Position numbers and translations under genes: made by a program. Below the pieces are notes generated by a model. It was not told the origin of the DNA, searched no databases, and saw nothing but the letters and a program-made list of their open reading frames with translations. 64,000 nucleotides of DNA from Batkoa obscura (taxonomy: Eukaryota). The stretch spans positions 744,001 through 808,000 of the forward strand of contig JASVEC010000014.1 in the NCBI GenBank assembly GCA_030770535.1, written 5' to 3'. How positions within the stretch are numbered: position 1 is the stretch's first letter; each line of letters starts with the position of its first letter. Below are positions 62,563-64,000 of the stretch, one piece after another.

Positions 62563-62785
62563 GCAAGTAGCTATAATCACGCGGGCTCAAGTAGCTGTGA
62601 CTATAATGGATTAAATAGCTATAATTATTACTTCAGACACAAAATGTTGTCAATATGAAGTTTCAATGTAAATACTAATCGGAATAAAGTAATAATTACT
62701 TCGTTAAGTTAAAATAGTTTTAAATTTTATTTATTCATGGTTTACAGTTTTGATTTAGTTAATATTATTTTGGGTTTTTACTATA

Positions 62786-62885
62786 TGAGAGTGTTTTTTT
62801 TAACTTCATTATTTTTCCACTTTTTAAGCGTTATTTAAGCGGAAAATTTGTTAGTAAAATTCTTAAGCACAAAAATATATCCCCA
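62786..62885 (-). mobile_element. MITE-like repeat, copy 21 (inverted)
   Basis: TATA-TGAGAGTGT...ATATCCCCA-TATA; close to copies 12 and 13. Confidence 0.85.
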
Positions 62886-64000
62886 TATATAGTTCAAGTT
62901 GTATTAAATAATATTATTTTTTTCTAGAAAATGTATAAATAAAGTGATCAAATCGATAGGATGTATTTCATATATTGTAGTTAATACGTTTGAAGCAATA
63001 TATAGGAAAGTCTATCTATCAGGTTCAGAAAGTTGTCGATAGTCTTCACCATTTTCATATAAAAAGCAAATAAACTATATTAATTTTGATATTCATAACT
63101 TATTAGCATTTAGTTAGTATAATAATAGAGATCAAACTAAATAGCTTAAGATTTTAATTTTCACTATCAGTTAATATAACGCTTTTCGTTTGATGTTAAT
63201 TAACTCATTTTAAATAATTCAAAAAAAGTGCAAATTGTTTATCTGTTAGTGTAATGTACCATTTGTTCTCTATTCGAATGTCTCATAACCTCAAATATTA
63301 GTTTTCTTGAATCTAACTACATACCTTAAATTGGACGGCTTAATAATAGGTAGCTACTATATATGTTACATTAAATATGCTACTATAATTTTGTGAATAA
63401 ATAAAAGCTATAGCTCTATAATCAATAATAAAGCGGACAAATATATTATGATTATAATATAGAATTGATTGAAAAAAATTTATAAACCTTACAAATAATT
63501 TGATTCATCTTGATTATTCCACTACTTAAATTGCAATAAACTCAAATATCCTTTTATATAATAAGCAAGTAATATTAATATGACAAAAAGTTTGCTAGGA
63601 TCAATAGTTATAATTAGCAATTCATTTATAGTAAAACTTTAAATTGCTTTTATTACATTATCATACAACTAAATTATTTGTTGAGTGCTAATTAACCCAT
63701 TGAATTAATTGAATAAACATAAACAAAAGCTTTAAAATTTCAGTGTTCTTATAATTTTATATAATATCATATCAAAACAAGGTGGAATTATTTAAACTAC
63801 ATAATAGAACTTTGCTTTTGATCATTTCATAAACTTCTATTAAATTCACGATTTATTTTGATACTGTTTATTAAATTTTGTAAAAGGTAAAAAGTCTATA
63901 TAATTTTAAGGACGGTGAAATTGATAACTTAAGAACTCAAAGACATATAAAAAAAGCAAAAATCCTCAAAGTAAGAAAACAAAGTTACAAACAATTCATA

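Noticed and set aside
10573..62885. Repeats as a CRISPR array or bacterial REP system
   Set aside because: Copies are ~100 bp, dispersed, irregularly spaced and in both orientations in an intron-rich eukaryotic genome; no cas genes.

Overview
Very AT-rich eukaryotic DNA with many short (~45-60 nt) GT-AG introns. The gene set (YME2/RNA12-like, YBT1-type ABCC, Git3/cAMP-type GPCR) suggests a fungus, probably early-diverging (inference). Housekeeping genes: YME2/RNA12-like, a BEACH/neurobeachin-like protein, tRNA-Glu(TTC), an ABCC transporter, COQ3, an LRR/Cys-rich protein, a 7TM receptor, SAC3/GANP (THP3/LENG8-like), two aldo-keto reductases, MPC2-like (absent from the ORF track) and UTP14. Three unusual components stand out. 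(1) At 2.3-10.5 kb, a head-to-tail array of four intact, intronless IS630-Tc1-mariner transposase-derived genes with no visible TIRs, a Gly at the first catalytic Asp position in all four, divergent HTH recognition helices and identical C-terminal patches suggesting gene conversion; this looks like a domesticated-transposase family. (2) About 21 copies of a ~100-bp MITE-like element (TGGGGATGT...ACATCCCCA, mostly TA-flanked), all intergenic. (3) At 49-62.7 kb, a MITE-rich cluster of small intronless orphan genes with PPxY and QPxxxxM motifs and Cys-, Gly- or His-rich tails (CYSTM/metallothionein-like), including a pseudogene and a probable premature stop. All calls were made by eye; no database searches were run.
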